A stretch of 59,769 nucleotides of DNA, counting the filler. It is 6 parts of 6 records of this genome, joined end to end, with 100 filler letters (N's around TTAATTAATTAA, not from the genome) between each part and the next. Parts side by side here need not be neighbours in the genome. Positions count along the whole stretch, not along the records: positions 1 to 7,653 come from SRR31156797_7739; positions 7,754 to 16,342 come from SRR31156797_7740; 4 more parts are not named here. One strand, 5' to 3'. Positions 1 to 10,347 of this stretch are shown piece after piece; the stretch's first letter is position 1; each line of letters begins with the position of its first letter. The notes beneath the pieces are model-generated. The model worked only from the letters and a program-made list of their open reading frames with translations. It was not told where the DNA came from and ran no database searches. The translations under genes were made by a program, and so were the position numbers.

Positions 1-273
1 GATATAAAACATATACTCTTCACCAAACATAATAGCAGCTTCCGCTCCAACTCCAGCTGCTCCAAAGGTATGAGCAAAGGTATTTAAAGTAAGAATAGCT
101 CCTATTGATTGATCAATATTGTTTTTTTGTTTCTCTAAAAGTTCCCCTGAACTTTTCTTTTTAGATTTGACTACTTCAATATACGCTGGGGTAATAGAGA
201 GAATAACTGCTTCTAAAATAGAGCATAAAAAAGATATCCCAACAGCTATAAAAAAATATGTAATTAGTAACAT
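1..273 (-). CDS. CNNM/DUF21 (CorC/hemolysin-like) membrane protein, 5' part only
   Basis: Manual translation from ATG at 273: MLLITYFFIAVGISFLCSILEAVILSITPAY...AILTLNTFAHTFGAAGVGAEA, the typical DUF21 N-terminus; runs off the window. Confidence 0.85.
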   Translation of the reverse strand, partial: MLLITYFFIAVGISFLCSILEAVILSITPAYIEVVKSKKKSSGELLEKQKNNIDQSIGAILTLNTFAHTFGAAGVGAEAAIMFGEEYMFYI

Positions 274-377
274 TCCATCTCTTTAAAAAGTAATAAAGTT
301 TGATTATATACAAACTACTATGAAAAATGTGTTAAAATAGAAGAAGCATAAGGAGATCAAAAGACTGATGTAGAATT

Positions 378-1907
378 ATGAATAAAAAATATATAAAAAT
401 ACCTTTTCTTTTATTTCTTTTTTTGGTGTTAGCCAACACACTACGTATTAGTGATGAGATCAATAACTATAACAATAATGAGTTAGAATCGTATCAAAAA
501 GAGCTTCAAATAATCATCTCAGATATGAAAAAAGTTTCCGATTCTATTTTTGATAATATGATCAATACTAGCACAGTGATCAATATATTTAAATATGCAC
601 ACAATGCAAATGAACATGAAAAAAACAGATACCGTCAACAGTTATATCACCAATTACGATTAAAATATGAGAAGTTTACCAATTATGGGATACAACAGCT
701 TCATTTTCACCTTCCAAATAATGAAAGTTTTTTACGCTTTCACAAGCCTAGTAAATATGGAGATGATCTTACTAAGATAAGAGAGAGTGTACGATATGTG
801 AATGAGCATAAAAAAGCAATTATGGGATTTGAAGAGGGAAGAATATTTAATGGATATCGTTTTGTATACCCTTTATTTGATCCAAATAATAATTATATAG
901 GGAGTGTTGAGGTATCCTCTTCATTACTCTCTTTTAAAAAACAATTTCAAGATAATAAACATCTTCATTTAGATTATATCCTTACAAAAGATCTTGTGGA
1001 GAAAAAGGTTTTTGAGTCTCAGCAAAATAATTACCTTCCTTATAGTTTATCTAAGCAGTTTGTGATCCAATCAACTATCGCACATTATAATGATACACAA
1101 TGTGAACATGATAGTGAAATGATAGAGTTTATTAGAAGTAGTGATCTTCAATTAGATAGTAAGAATATCGATAAAAAACACTATTCAAAAGTGATAGATT
1201 TTAATTTATATTCAGCCTTTTTTATCCCTTTGATAAATGATTTTACGAAAGAAAAAGTTGGGTATGCTGTAATTTTTGGAGAGTCCAATTATCCAAAATA
1301 TTTTAGTATGAGTATACTCATATCATATGTGGGGATTATTTTATTAACATGGCTAGTTGGGTATATTTTATATCAAGATCAAAAATCTTTGGATGAGATG
1401 AAGATACAACAAGAGCTTAAACAAGAGACCTTAACAGATCAGCTTACAAAGTTTGGAAATAGAAAACATTATTATGAATCAATCCATGAACAGCTAGAGC
1501 TTTTTAATAGATACGATACAGTTTTTTCAATTATTTTATATGATATTGATCATTTTAAATCGATCAATGATAACTATGGACACAAGATGGGAGATAAGGT
1601 TTTAATAGAATTGTGTGATTTGATTCGAAAACATGTAAGGGTAAATGATACCTTATTTCGAATAGGAGGGGAAGAGTTTATCGTGATCCTTCCTCAGACA
1701 AGCTTGGAAAATGGGATACATTCAGCTCAAAAAATAAAAAAAGCAGTAGAGGATGAACTGCGAACCATCCCAAATAAAACTATCACTATTAGCGCAGGAG
1801 TAGCTGAAGTTCAAAGAGATGATACAGAAGATACTTTATTTGCAAGGGTTGATCAGTATCTTTATAAGGCTAAAAATAGTGGGAGAAATCAGGTAGTGTT
1901 TGAATGA
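378..1907 (+). CDS. Membrane diguanylate cyclase with periplasmic Cache-like domain
   Basis: Two TM segments; QLHFHLP..SFLRFHKP..GDDL Cache-type motif; C-terminal DIDHFKSIND.YGH..GD and RIGGEEF. Confidence 0.92.
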   Translation: MNKKYIKIPFLLFLFLVLANTLRISDEINNYNNNELESYQKELQIIISDMKKVSDSIFDNMINTSTVINIFKYAHNANEHEKNRYRQQLYHQLRLKYEKFTNYGIQQLHFHLPNNESFLRFHKPSKYGDDLTKIRESVRYVNEHKKAIMGFEEGRIFNGYRFVYPLFDPNNNYIGSVEVSSSLLSFKKQFQDNKHLHLDYILTKDLVEKKVFESQQNNYLPYSLSKQFVIQSTIAHYNDTQCEHDSEMIEFIRSSDLQLDSKNIDKKHYSKVIDFNLYSAFFIPLINDFTKEKVGYAVIFGESNYPKYFSMSILISYVGIILLTWLVGYILYQDQKSLDEMKIQQELKQETLTDQLTKFGNRKHYYESIHEQLELFNRYDTVFSIILYDIDHFKSINDNYGHKMGDKVLIELCDLIRKHVRVNDTLFRIGGEEFIVILPQTSLENGIHSAQKIKKAVEDELRTIPNKTITISAGVAEVQRDDTEDTLFARVDQYLYKAKNSGRNQVVFE

Positions 1908-1921
1908 TAGTGTCTAAAATA

Positions 1922-3319
1922 TCAATTATCAAATCTCTTTTTTAACTCCATGATCTCATCAAAGTTTTCAAAAAATATATCTATGAGTTTTGGATCAAAA
2001 GCTTTTCCACGATTTTCTTGTAAAAGATCTAAAATTGCATTCATCTCCCAAGCTTTTTTATAGACTCTATCATGTCCTAAAGCATCAAATACATCTACAA
2101 TAGCAGTGATCCTTCCAAAGATATGTATATCTTCCCCTTTTAAGTTATTTGGATATCCTGTTCCATCCCATTTTTCATGATGCTGATGAGCGATAATAGA
2201 GGCTGCTTTTAAGATATCTCTTGTAGAATGCTTTAACATCTCATATCCAAGCTCACTATGAGTCTTCATAATTTCAAACTCCTCAGGAGTAAGTTTTCCT
2301 GGTTTATTTAAAACATCATCAGGAATACCAACCTTTCCTATATCGTGCATAGGACTAGCTTGTTTTAGTAGAACTGCCTCTTTTTCACTAAGACCACTCT
2401 TTTTGGCTAAAAAGTAAGAGTATTCAGCTACTCTTTTTACATGTAAACCTGTCTCTTTACTTCTTGTCTCCCCAATAGCACCCATAGTAAAGACAACCTC
2501 TTTTTGTGTTTCGATGATCTCTTGTGTTGTGATTTTAAGTTGTTTTTCTAGATCTTGTCTATAGAGTTCTAATTCTGTTATATCTTCTCTAATAGCTATA
2601 AATTCAACGATATTATCATTATGGTTGAGTATTGGAGTGATTGTAGTTTTTACAAAATAACTATTTCCATTTTTCTTTTTATTTTTGATCACTCCATTCC
2701 ATGGTGTTTTATTATTGATCTTACTCCAAAGTTCTTCAAAAGTTGAAGAGGGAGTATCAGGATCTCTTATGATATTGTGGTTTTTCCCTATTAACTCCTC
2801 TTTTGTATATCCAGAAATATTACAAAAAGCATCATTTACATAAGTGATGATACCCTTTGAATCGGTTTTTGATATGATAGAACTATAATCCATAGCATTT
2901 TTATACTCTTTTAAAAGTTTTTTATATTTTTTAGATTCTTTGATATATTCTATTTTTGTTTTATGTTCTTGCATAGTTTCAGTTAATAGACCTACATCAA
3001 CTGGCTTTAAAATATACCCATCGATCTTCAATTTAATACTCTCTAGTAAAAACTTTTCATTGCTATAGGCTGATACTATAATAATTGGAAGTGAAGGTTT
3101 AAGTTCTTTGAGACTTTTGCTTAGTTCAAGGCCGTTCATTTTTGGTAGGTTGAGATCACTTAGAACTATATCAATATCATTTGTTTTAAAAAGCTCTAAT
3201 GCTTCCTCACCATCTTTGGCAGTAATAATAGTGTCAAATATATTCTGTAAAGTTTCAAGCGTGAGATCCATAGTCTCTTGCTCATCCTCTACATATAAAA
3301 CGGTTATATTATTAGGCAT
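1922..3319 (-). CDS. REC-PAS-HD-GYP response regulator / c-di-GMP phosphodiesterase
   Basis: N-terminal receiver (YVEDE, LSD, LKP), PAS (YVNDAFC.ISGY..EELIGK), HDIGK, HHEKWDGTGYP. Confidence 0.92.
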   Translation of the reverse strand: MPNNITVLYVEDEQETMDLTLETLQNIFDTIITAKDGEEALELFKTNDIDIVLSDLNLPKMNGLELSKSLKELKPSLPIIIVSAYSNEKFLLESIKLKIDGYILKPVDVGLLTETMQEHKTKIEYIKESKKYKKLLKEYKNAMDYSSIISKTDSKGIITYVNDAFCNISGYTKEELIGKNHNIIRDPDTPSSTFEELWSKINNKTPWNGVIKNKKKNGNSYFVKTTITPILNHNDNIVEFIAIREDITELELYRQDLEKQLKITTQEIIETQKEVVFTMGAIGETRSKETGLHVKRVAEYSYFLAKKSGLSEKEAVLLKQASPMHDIGKVGIPDDVLNKPGKLTPEEFEIMKTHSELGYEMLKHSTRDILKAASIIAHQHHEKWDGTGYPNNLKGEDIHIFGRITAIVDVFDALGHDRVYKKAWEMNAILDLLQENRGKAFDPKLIDIFFENFDEIMELKKRFDN

Positions 3320-3490
3320 CTCATTATTCCTTATTTATACATTGCTTTAAAGTTGATTTTCATATTTAATTTACAAAAAAGCACTTGATAGATATTTATT
3401 AGAAAGTTGTTATTTTATTCTTTACAGTTTTAATTTGTAAGATAAATTATTATATTGTACGATAACAAGTGTAAAAAATAGGTAAAGTGT

Positions 3491-5521
3491 ATGAATAATA
3501 ATAAAAATTTTAAAAATCTTTTTACGTTATTATTAGTTGGTGTGGTATGTTCTATAGCTATTATATATATTTATATTGATTTTATTCAAAAAAAGTCAAT
3601 TGATAATATAATTGAACAAACAAAAACACCACATGAACTTATTCAAAATCAAATAGCTCTCTACAAATCAAAAAAGATGCGTGTGATGAAGATGCTCAGC
3701 CAGCATTCTTCTATGCATAGTTATTTAAAAAACACCTCTTTAAAAAACAATATTCAAGAGCTTTTTTATAGTATTGTAAAATCTGATAAGGACTATATGC
3801 AACTAAGGTTTATAGACCTTTTAGGGAAAGAGCAAATAAGAATTGACCAAGATAGTTTAGGTCGTGTTACAATTATCAAAAAAGAGTATCTACAAGATAA
3901 ATCTAAAAGAGAATATGTGCAAGAGTTTTTAAAACTAAAAAAAGGGGAACTCGGCTTTTCAAAATTTGATCTAAATATTGAAAATGAGAAAGTTCAAATT
4001 CCTCATGTCCCAACCTTGCGTTTAGGATATAAAGTGTTTTTAGATGACCAGTTTAAAGGGATCATTGTTATGAATATTTTTATGGAAGATTGGATCAATG
4101 ATATTTTTCAAATCAACTCTTTTAAGATAGCTATGATAGATCAAAATAACTATTATAAAACCCACTATGATAAAGAGTTTCAATGGAGTGAATACAAAAA
4201 AAGATCACACAAAATCAAAACTCTTCCAGCTTGGCAAAATAGTTTGGATGAGTATTATATTTTAGATGATGATACTATAGCTAGGGGCTTAAATTTTTTT
4301 AAAGAGGATATTTTAGTTTCATATAAAATGCCAAGTAATATTAAAGCAGTTTTGAGCAGTAATATTAGTTTGATCTTGATCACTATAGCAATATCAAGTT
4401 TATTTATTTTTGTTCCTATATCTCTTATTATCTATAAATATATTTGGCTTATAAAAAACTCTGAAGAGTATCAAAAAAATATTTTTCATAATATGTTTGA
4501 TGCCATGGTGATAATAGACCAAAACTCAATTATACAAGAGCTTAATAAACAAGCAGAAGAACTTTTTGGTTTTAAGGCACAAGAGTTAGTTGGAAAAAAT
4601 GTGAATAAGATTATCCCATACCCATATCATGAAAAACATACTGGGTATGTACAAACTTCTACTATCTTTACTAAAAAAGTTATTGGCAATAACAGAGAGC
4701 TTGAAGCATTATGCAAAAATGGAGAAATAATCCCTATCTCTTTGGCAGTAACAAAAATGAAGATAGACAAACAAACACTTTTTATAGGAGTTGCTAGGGA
4801 CTTGCGGGAGATCAAAAAACTTGAAAATGAAAATAAAAAGCAAGAGAGGTTACTTCAACATCAAGCAAAATTAGCTTCTATGGGAGAGATGGTAGGAGCT
4901 ATTGCTCACCAATGGAGACAACCATTAAACGAACTTGGAATCAGGATACAAAATATTAAGTATGCTTTTTTAAATGGTAAAATAGATGAAGAGTATATTA
5001 AACAGTTTATTGATAAAAATAAACAAACAATCTCCTTTATGAGTCATACTATTGATGATTTTAGAGATTTTTTTAGAATTGATAAAAAGAAGTTAAAGTT
5101 TGATATTAAAGAATCCATTGAGACAGTTATTAATATGCAAAGTGCCCAGTTAAAAGATTATCAAATAAACGTTGAACTGGTTGGTGAAACTTTTAGCTAT
5201 TATGGATTTAAAACAGAGTTACAGCAAGTTATTTTAAATCTTATCAATAATGCTAAAGATGCTTTTTTAGAAAATAATACCAAGGATCCCAAAATAATCC
5301 TTTCACTTAATAAAAATACAATCACGGTTGTAGATAATGCAGGTGGAATCTCTGAGGATATCATTGATCGTATCTTTGAGCCTTATTTTACTACAAAAGA
5401 GCAAGGTCAAGGCACAGGGATGGGTTTATATATGACCAAGATGATTATAGTAGATAATATGGAAGCACAGATTAGTGTAAAAAATAGTGATATTGGAGCA
5501 GTATTTCAGATCAGTTTATAA
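3491..5521 (+). CDS. Cache-PAS sensor histidine kinase
   Basis: TM-periplasmic-TM, PAS, H-box IAHQWRQPL, N box NLINNAKDA, DNAGG, FEPYFTTK, GTGMGLY. Confidence 0.92.
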   Translation: MNNNKNFKNLFTLLLVGVVCSIAIIYIYIDFIQKKSIDNIIEQTKTPHELIQNQIALYKSKKMRVMKMLSQHSSMHSYLKNTSLKNNIQELFYSIVKSDKDYMQLRFIDLLGKEQIRIDQDSLGRVTIIKKEYLQDKSKREYVQEFLKLKKGELGFSKFDLNIENEKVQIPHVPTLRLGYKVFLDDQFKGIIVMNIFMEDWINDIFQINSFKIAMIDQNNYYKTHYDKEFQWSEYKKRSHKIKTLPAWQNSLDEYYILDDDTIARGLNFFKEDILVSYKMPSNIKAVLSSNISLILITIAISSLFIFVPISLIIYKYIWLIKNSEEYQKNIFHNMFDAMVIIDQNSIIQELNKQAEELFGFKAQELVGKNVNKIIPYPYHEKHTGYVQTSTIFTKKVIGNNRELEALCKNGEIIPISLAVTKMKIDKQTLFIGVARDLREIKKLENENKKQERLLQHQAKLASMGEMVGAIAHQWRQPLNELGIRIQNIKYAFLNGKIDEEYIKQFIDKNKQTISFMSHTIDDFRDFFRIDKKKLKFDIKESIETVINMQSAQLKDYQINVELVGETFSYYGFKTELQQVILNLINNAKDAFLENNTKDPKIILSLNKNTITVVDNAGGISEDIIDRIFEPYFTTKEQGQGTGMGLYMTKMIIVDNMEAQISVKNSDIGAVFQISL

Positions 5522-5541
5522 TTCAGTTTGGTACAAGTGTA

Positions 5542-6915
5542 TTAACGCTTATACACCTGAAAATATCTATTTTTGATCCTATTTTTTTGTAATCCCTCAT
5601 ATGCCTTATCATAAACTTCATTTTTTATAGCTACATAAGAACACTTAGCAAAGATAGATATTTTTCCTATATCATCTTTATGAAGTCCGATACCTTGGAT
5701 AAGACTTCCTAAAATATCACCTGCTCGAAGTTTGTCTTTTTTTCCACCATTGATATATAGGGTTGAATAGTGATAAGGGATTACATAAGCTGAATTACTT
5801 TTTACCTTGTCTGTACTTTGTAGCTCAAAGCTTTGTTCTAAAAACTCTTCAAGTTCTTCAAAATATATGATACTATCTATAAAAGATATAGATATCCCAC
5901 TATTTCCTGCACGTGCTGTTCGTCCGATCCTATGGACGTAGTTTTCAAAACTATTTGGCATATCATAATTGATCACCATATCCACATTATCTATATCAAG
6001 TCCACGAGCTGCCACATCTGTTGCTATTAAAAGTGGGTAGCTTTTATTTTCAAAAAGTAAAAGGGTTTCATCTCTATGCTTTTGTTCATAATCACTATGT
6101 AAGACCAAAGCTTCAAAGTTATAGCTCTCTTGGAGATGATCTGCAAGTGCATCACACTCTATTTTTGTATTGCAAAAGATAATAGCACTTGCTATCTCTT
6201 TTGAAAAAAGATGGATCACTAGATCTTTTTTCTCACTTTGTTTTACTTGGTAAAATCTTTGATCAATACTACTTTTTGTATGGGTTTGCTCCACTTCTAT
6301 TAAAGTTGGCTCTTGTAAAAACTGTTCACTTTGAGTTTGTAGAGTCTCAGGAAAAGTAGCAGAGAAAAGCATAGTGTGCCTTTTCTTTGGTAAAAACTCT
6401 ATAATCTCATTGATATCTTCAAAAAACCCCATATCAACCATTCTATCAGCTTCATCAAGTACAAGGGTATTGATATAATCTGTTTCAAAATTATTTTCTT
6501 GTAAGTGCTTTAAAACTCTTCCTGGAGTTCCTACTATAATATGTGCTTTATGGGAGAGGGAGTGGACTTGAGGTTTATAAGGAACGCCACCTGTTAAAGT
6601 GAGGATCTTGATATTATGGATATATCGAACCAGTTGTCGCAGCACTCCTGCTACTTGGGAAGCAAGTTCTCTTGTAGGACAGAGTATCAGGGCTTGGATT
6701 CGAAAGGTTTTGCTATCAAGGTTATTGATGATACCAAGTCCAAAAGTAACTGTTTTCCCACTTCCTGTTTTTGCTTTTGCAATTAGGTCTTTTTTCTCTA
6801 AAATAGAAGGAAGTGCTAAAGCTTGGATTGGTGTCATTTTCTCAAACCCTAAAGAGTTGAGATTGTCAATATTTTGTTTTGATAAGGGTAAAGTCTTAAA
6901 GTTTTCTGTATTCAT
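5542..6915 (-). CDS. dbpA: ATP-dependent DEAD-box RNA helicase DbpA
   Basis: AKTGSGKT, PTRELA, DEAD, SAT, HRIGRTARAG and C-terminal GGKKDKLRAGDILG DbpA RNA-binding domain. Confidence 0.92.
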   Translation of the reverse strand: MNTENFKTLPLSKQNIDNLNSLGFEKMTPIQALALPSILEKKDLIAKAKTGSGKTVTFGLGIINNLDSKTFRIQALILCPTRELASQVAGVLRQLVRYIHNIKILTLTGGVPYKPQVHSLSHKAHIIVGTPGRVLKHLQENNFETDYINTLVLDEADRMVDMGFFEDINEIIEFLPKKRHTMLFSATFPETLQTQSEQFLQEPTLIEVEQTHTKSSIDQRFYQVKQSEKKDLVIHLFSKEIASAIIFCNTKIECDALADHLQESYNFEALVLHSDYEQKHRDETLLLFENKSYPLLIATDVAARGLDIDNVDMVINYDMPNSFENYVHRIGRTARAGNSGISISFIDSIIYFEELEEFLEQSFELQSTDKVKSNSAYVIPYHYSTLYINGGKKDKLRAGDILGSLIQGIGLHKDDIGKISIFAKCSYVAIKNEVYDKAYEGLQKNRIKNRYFQVYKR

Positions 6916-6994
6916 TTGTCTATTATATCTAAAAAATTATACTTTTATAAATAAAAAGTAAAAAGTTTAATCAAGAAAAATATATAATGCCCAT

Positions 6995-7653
6995 ATGGAA
7001 CTAGGTGATAAATACAAAGACAATGACTTTTTAAGAGTTGTACATAAATATGAACTTGAAGACTTAATAGAGTTTAGTAAAACAGTTCGAGTTTTATATG
7101 TGGATAATGAAAGTCGTGAACGTGATGACTATTATGGAATTTTTAAGATATTTTTCCACGATATTGATGTAGCCTCAGATGGAGAGGAAGCACTAAATTA
7201 CTTCAAAAAAAGTCGTTATGATCTTATAATCACTGCAATAGATATTCCACTTAAAAACGGTTTAGAGCTCATATCTGAAATTAGAAACATAAGTCGACAT
7301 ATCACAGTATTAGTATTATCGTCTCAAGAGAAATATTTTGTAGATTTTATCCGTTTAGGGATTGATGGGTATATATTAAATCCAATCGAAGTGGAACAGT
7401 TTGTGATGATCATTCAAAAGGTGATCGAAGCTTTACAAAACAAACAGGCTTTGTATGAATATCGTATTGAATTAGAGGATATGGTTGCAAAGAAAACGCA
7501 AAAATTGACAGAGCTGAATAACTCACTAGAAGAGCAGATCAAACAAGAAGTTGCAAAAAGAATAGAGTATGAAAAACATGCTAATAATCAGTCAAAACTA
7601 GCAGCTATGGGAGAGATGCTAGAAAATATTGCCCATCAATGGAGACAACCTCT
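6995..7653 (+). CDS. Hybrid (pseudo-)receiver + histidine kinase, truncated by contig end
   Basis: Degenerate REC domain, coiled coil, SKLAAMGEMLENIAHQWRQP at contig end. Confidence 0.8.
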
Positions 7654-7753
7654 NNNNNNNNNNNNNNNNNNNNNNNNNNNNNNNNNNNNNNNNNNNNTTA
7701 ATTAATTAANNNNNNNNNNNNNNNNNNNNNNNNNNNNNNNNNNNNNNNNNNNN
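7654..7753. other. Artificial contig linker
   Basis: 44 N + TTAATTAATTAA (stops in all frames) + 44 N. Confidence 0.99.
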
Positions 7754-7854
7754 AAGATTTTTAAGTCTTTATCGGCCAGGTATTTGTTTGTTAATTCCTG
7801 AAATACAGGCACCAAAGTTGCCGATGTATGGATTAGTCCTAATGTTTTAGTCAT
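7754..7854 (-). CDS. Asp/Glu/hydantoin racemase-family protein, 5' fragment
   Basis: Manual translation from ATG at 7854: MTKTLGLIHTSATLVPVFQELTNKYLADKDLKI; the LGLIHT start resembles this family; only 33 aa visible. Confidence 0.55.
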
Positions 7855-7941
7855 TGTATTTTAGTTTTAATTCTATTTTATATCGTTTCTGAATTACCAG
7901 ATTAAAGTCTAAAGCCTGATTTTACACAATGCGCAAAGCGC

Positions 7942-10269
7942 TTATTCTTGCTTTTTATCAAGCATTACTTCAATATCATTTCTCCGTTCTTCCGGAGTAA
8001 CATTTATAATATTAATTTCTCCATTTTTCATTTCTGCCTCTACCACTGTATTACCAGGTGCATGTAGTTTAAAATGTACATCCCATTGTTTAGGCCAGGC
8101 CGGAAACAGATAGATCTTATCCTCGTTATTTTGCAGCAACATTTCCTGAACTCCGATCATTCCGGAACCTCCCCAGTTATGGTCGGGCACCCAATCGAAA
8201 CCAGGTCCCCAAAATGTTGGGAAACGTCTTTCTGAATCCTGCATTTTTAAAATCGAAAACTTTGCAGCTTCATCGGCTAAACCAAGTCGCGCTGCAAAAA
8301 TGGCGTATTGTTTCCAACTACGGTGATCACGAAAGCGAACCACATCCTTATCGTAGAGATAGGTATTTTTGGCAACTTCTAAGTCAGGTTTTCCAATTCC
8401 ATACATTCCCCAGGGATAAACGGGGTATAATTGTGGTGCCTCAACGTTGTTTATCCTCTCCCATAGTTTTGCCGGAGAAATCGTTTTCTTTCCATCAAAC
8501 TCGCGAAAACGAATCGGAGGTATTCGTTTCAAAAATGCTTCCCATTCTTCCTTTTCTTCAGCACTGATATATTTTTCAGGCAAAGCCAGGAAACCATTTG
8601 TTACAGTTTTTAAAGCCGCAATAGTTGAGGTAGCGTTATACGCCATTTTGTAGGTTTCGCACGATGATCCCGGATACAGTATTAAATGACCACTTTCGTC
8701 CAGGTTCTTTCTACCACGCTGTTTTGCCAGATACTGGTAGTGCTCATCAAAAAAAGTCAGACAACTTTTTATCATTGGTAGATACTCCGAAATATCGGCA
8801 TTGGTATATTGCTGCAACTGAAGCACCATCCAACAAATTTCCAGCGAAGTATCCCATTGGTACTCCAGCCAGGCATTGTACTGAATTCCAGGGTCGAAAC
8901 CTTCAGGTCTTTTCCAGCTGTATTCACTGGGGTTTGGCAAACCAAAATTTTCAATTTGCTCGGTATAACACGCTCCTTTATGTCCCCAATAAACTTCACT
9001 TCTCAATTCCGCAGTTTTTAGTATTCGCAAATAAAAATCGAGTTGTGGTTTTAGCATATCAAAATCGCCCGACTTAAACATTGGATAATATACCAATCGC
9101 TGATTCTGCGCTGTAAATGTACCACCTCCCCAATTTCTAAAATCGGGAGAAAAAGCACGATCGGGGTTGGTAAACACCGGATCAACTGTAAATAGCCCGC
9201 CATTAAACTTGGTCGGGTATTCACCATAAGCGTTACATCCCAGCGCATAACGAAACAACTGGTAATTACGCCCTACCTGCCATTCGGGTGAGTCTTCATC
9301 CATCGTATCCGAATTGATAAAAACAAAACTCCGGTTCCAGTATTCTTTCCACCAGTTTAAGGTTTGATCGCGTGCCGTTTTTTTCTTTTTTGAATAAGAC
9401 GCGATTAAGCTTTCCAAACCCATATTCCAATCATCAAAACTTTCATATTGACCGGTGTGAAGGTAAATTTCAAAACTTTGCTTTTTAAGCGCATTTTTAC
9501 TTTTTAGTTTCCAGCCTTTAAAATTTGCTTGCTGGTATTTTCCTTCGCTATAGCCTGAAGCAACAAAGTTCTTTCCAAGCATCTTTCCTCCAAAAGTCAG
9601 GTTCTCTATCGGGTTAAAGAGTTGATCTTTCACCGACTCCATTTTTTGCAATTCAACTGTTACATCAAAAACGGTTTCACCCTGGTTGCGGTGATTAAAG
9701 AATATTGCATCTTCATCAAAAACAATTTGGTCTTTTTTAGCCAATAAACCTTCCGGATTTACCCATTTATAAGAGTTCCCAAAGTTTTCATATTTCTCCA
9801 ACAGCCTGTCTTTAAAACGCCAGTTCTCGTAGATTGCCTCAACGTGTGTTTTCTTGTTACTTTTAAATTCAACATGAATAACAGGTGAGAAAACATCCAC
9901 CCAAAATAAGATTTCAACAACATGACCTTGCTTTTCCCCCGATATTTTCACACACCCTTCAGACAAATCAAGCGTTTGCTTAAACTCTCCACCATCAAAA
10001 GGATTAGGTGACAATTTCATACGCACCCGACCTAATTTGGGCATCCCATTATTTTCATCAAAAATTCCGCTACGAGCAATGTAGAACAATACTTCATTGT
10101 TCTCGGCCCATACATTTAAACCAATATCACCTCCACCGCATGGCATCGATTCTGATGAGTTTTGGCTTTGGGTGTCCCAGGTAATGTTACAGTCCTCCAA
10201 GCTACGAGGTTGCGCAAATAAGGCCGCAACAAATGACAAAAGCAGGATTGTAACTGTTAATCTTCTCAT
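7942..10269 (-). CDS. Secreted DUF5703 glycoside hydrolase, probably GH139 (2-O-methyl-L-fucosidase-like)
   Basis: Signal peptide from MRRLTV (ATG 10269); SQNSSESMPCGGGDIGLNVW, PTKFNGGLF, WGGGTFTAQNQRL, FWGPGFDWVPDHNWGG motifs; GH139 assignment is from recall. Confidence 0.7.
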   Translation of the reverse strand: MRRLTVTILLLSFVAALFAQPRSLEDCNITWDTQSQNSSESMPCGGGDIGLNVWAENNEVLFYIARSGIFDENNGMPKLGRVRMKLSPNPFDGGEFKQTLDLSEGCVKISGEKQGHVVEILFWVDVFSPVIHVEFKSNKKTHVEAIYENWRFKDRLLEKYENFGNSYKWVNPEGLLAKKDQIVFDEDAIFFNHRNQGETVFDVTVELQKMESVKDQLFNPIENLTFGGKMLGKNFVASGYSEGKYQQANFKGWKLKSKNALKKQSFEIYLHTGQYESFDDWNMGLESLIASYSKKKKTARDQTLNWWKEYWNRSFVFINSDTMDEDSPEWQVGRNYQLFRYALGCNAYGEYPTKFNGGLFTVDPVFTNPDRAFSPDFRNWGGGTFTAQNQRLVYYPMFKSGDFDMLKPQLDFYLRILKTAELRSEVYWGHKGACYTEQIENFGLPNPSEYSWKRPEGFDPGIQYNAWLEYQWDTSLEICWMVLQLQQYTNADISEYLPMIKSCLTFFDEHYQYLAKQRGRKNLDESGHLILYPGSSCETYKMAYNATSTIAALKTVTNGFLALPEKYISAEEKEEWEAFLKRIPPIRFREFDGKKTISPAKLWERINNVEAPQLYPVYPWGMYGIGKPDLEVAKNTYLYDKDVVRFRDHRSWKQYAIFAARLGLADEAAKFSILKMQDSERRFPTFWGPGFDWVPDHNWGGSGMIGVQEMLLQNNEDKIYLFPAWPKQWDVHFKLHAPGNTVVEAEMKNGEINIINVTPEERRNDIEVMLDKKQE

Positions 10270-10347
10270 TCTGTTCTTTTTGTAATTTATGTGCAATTAA
10301 GCTTTTGCGAGATAAAAATCAGGCAAAAGCCAGAAAAAATAAAAAAG

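Noticed and set aside
7698-7709. TTAATTAATTAA palindrome repeated five times in the window
   Set aside because: Always centred in N runs: an assembly/concatenation linker, not biological
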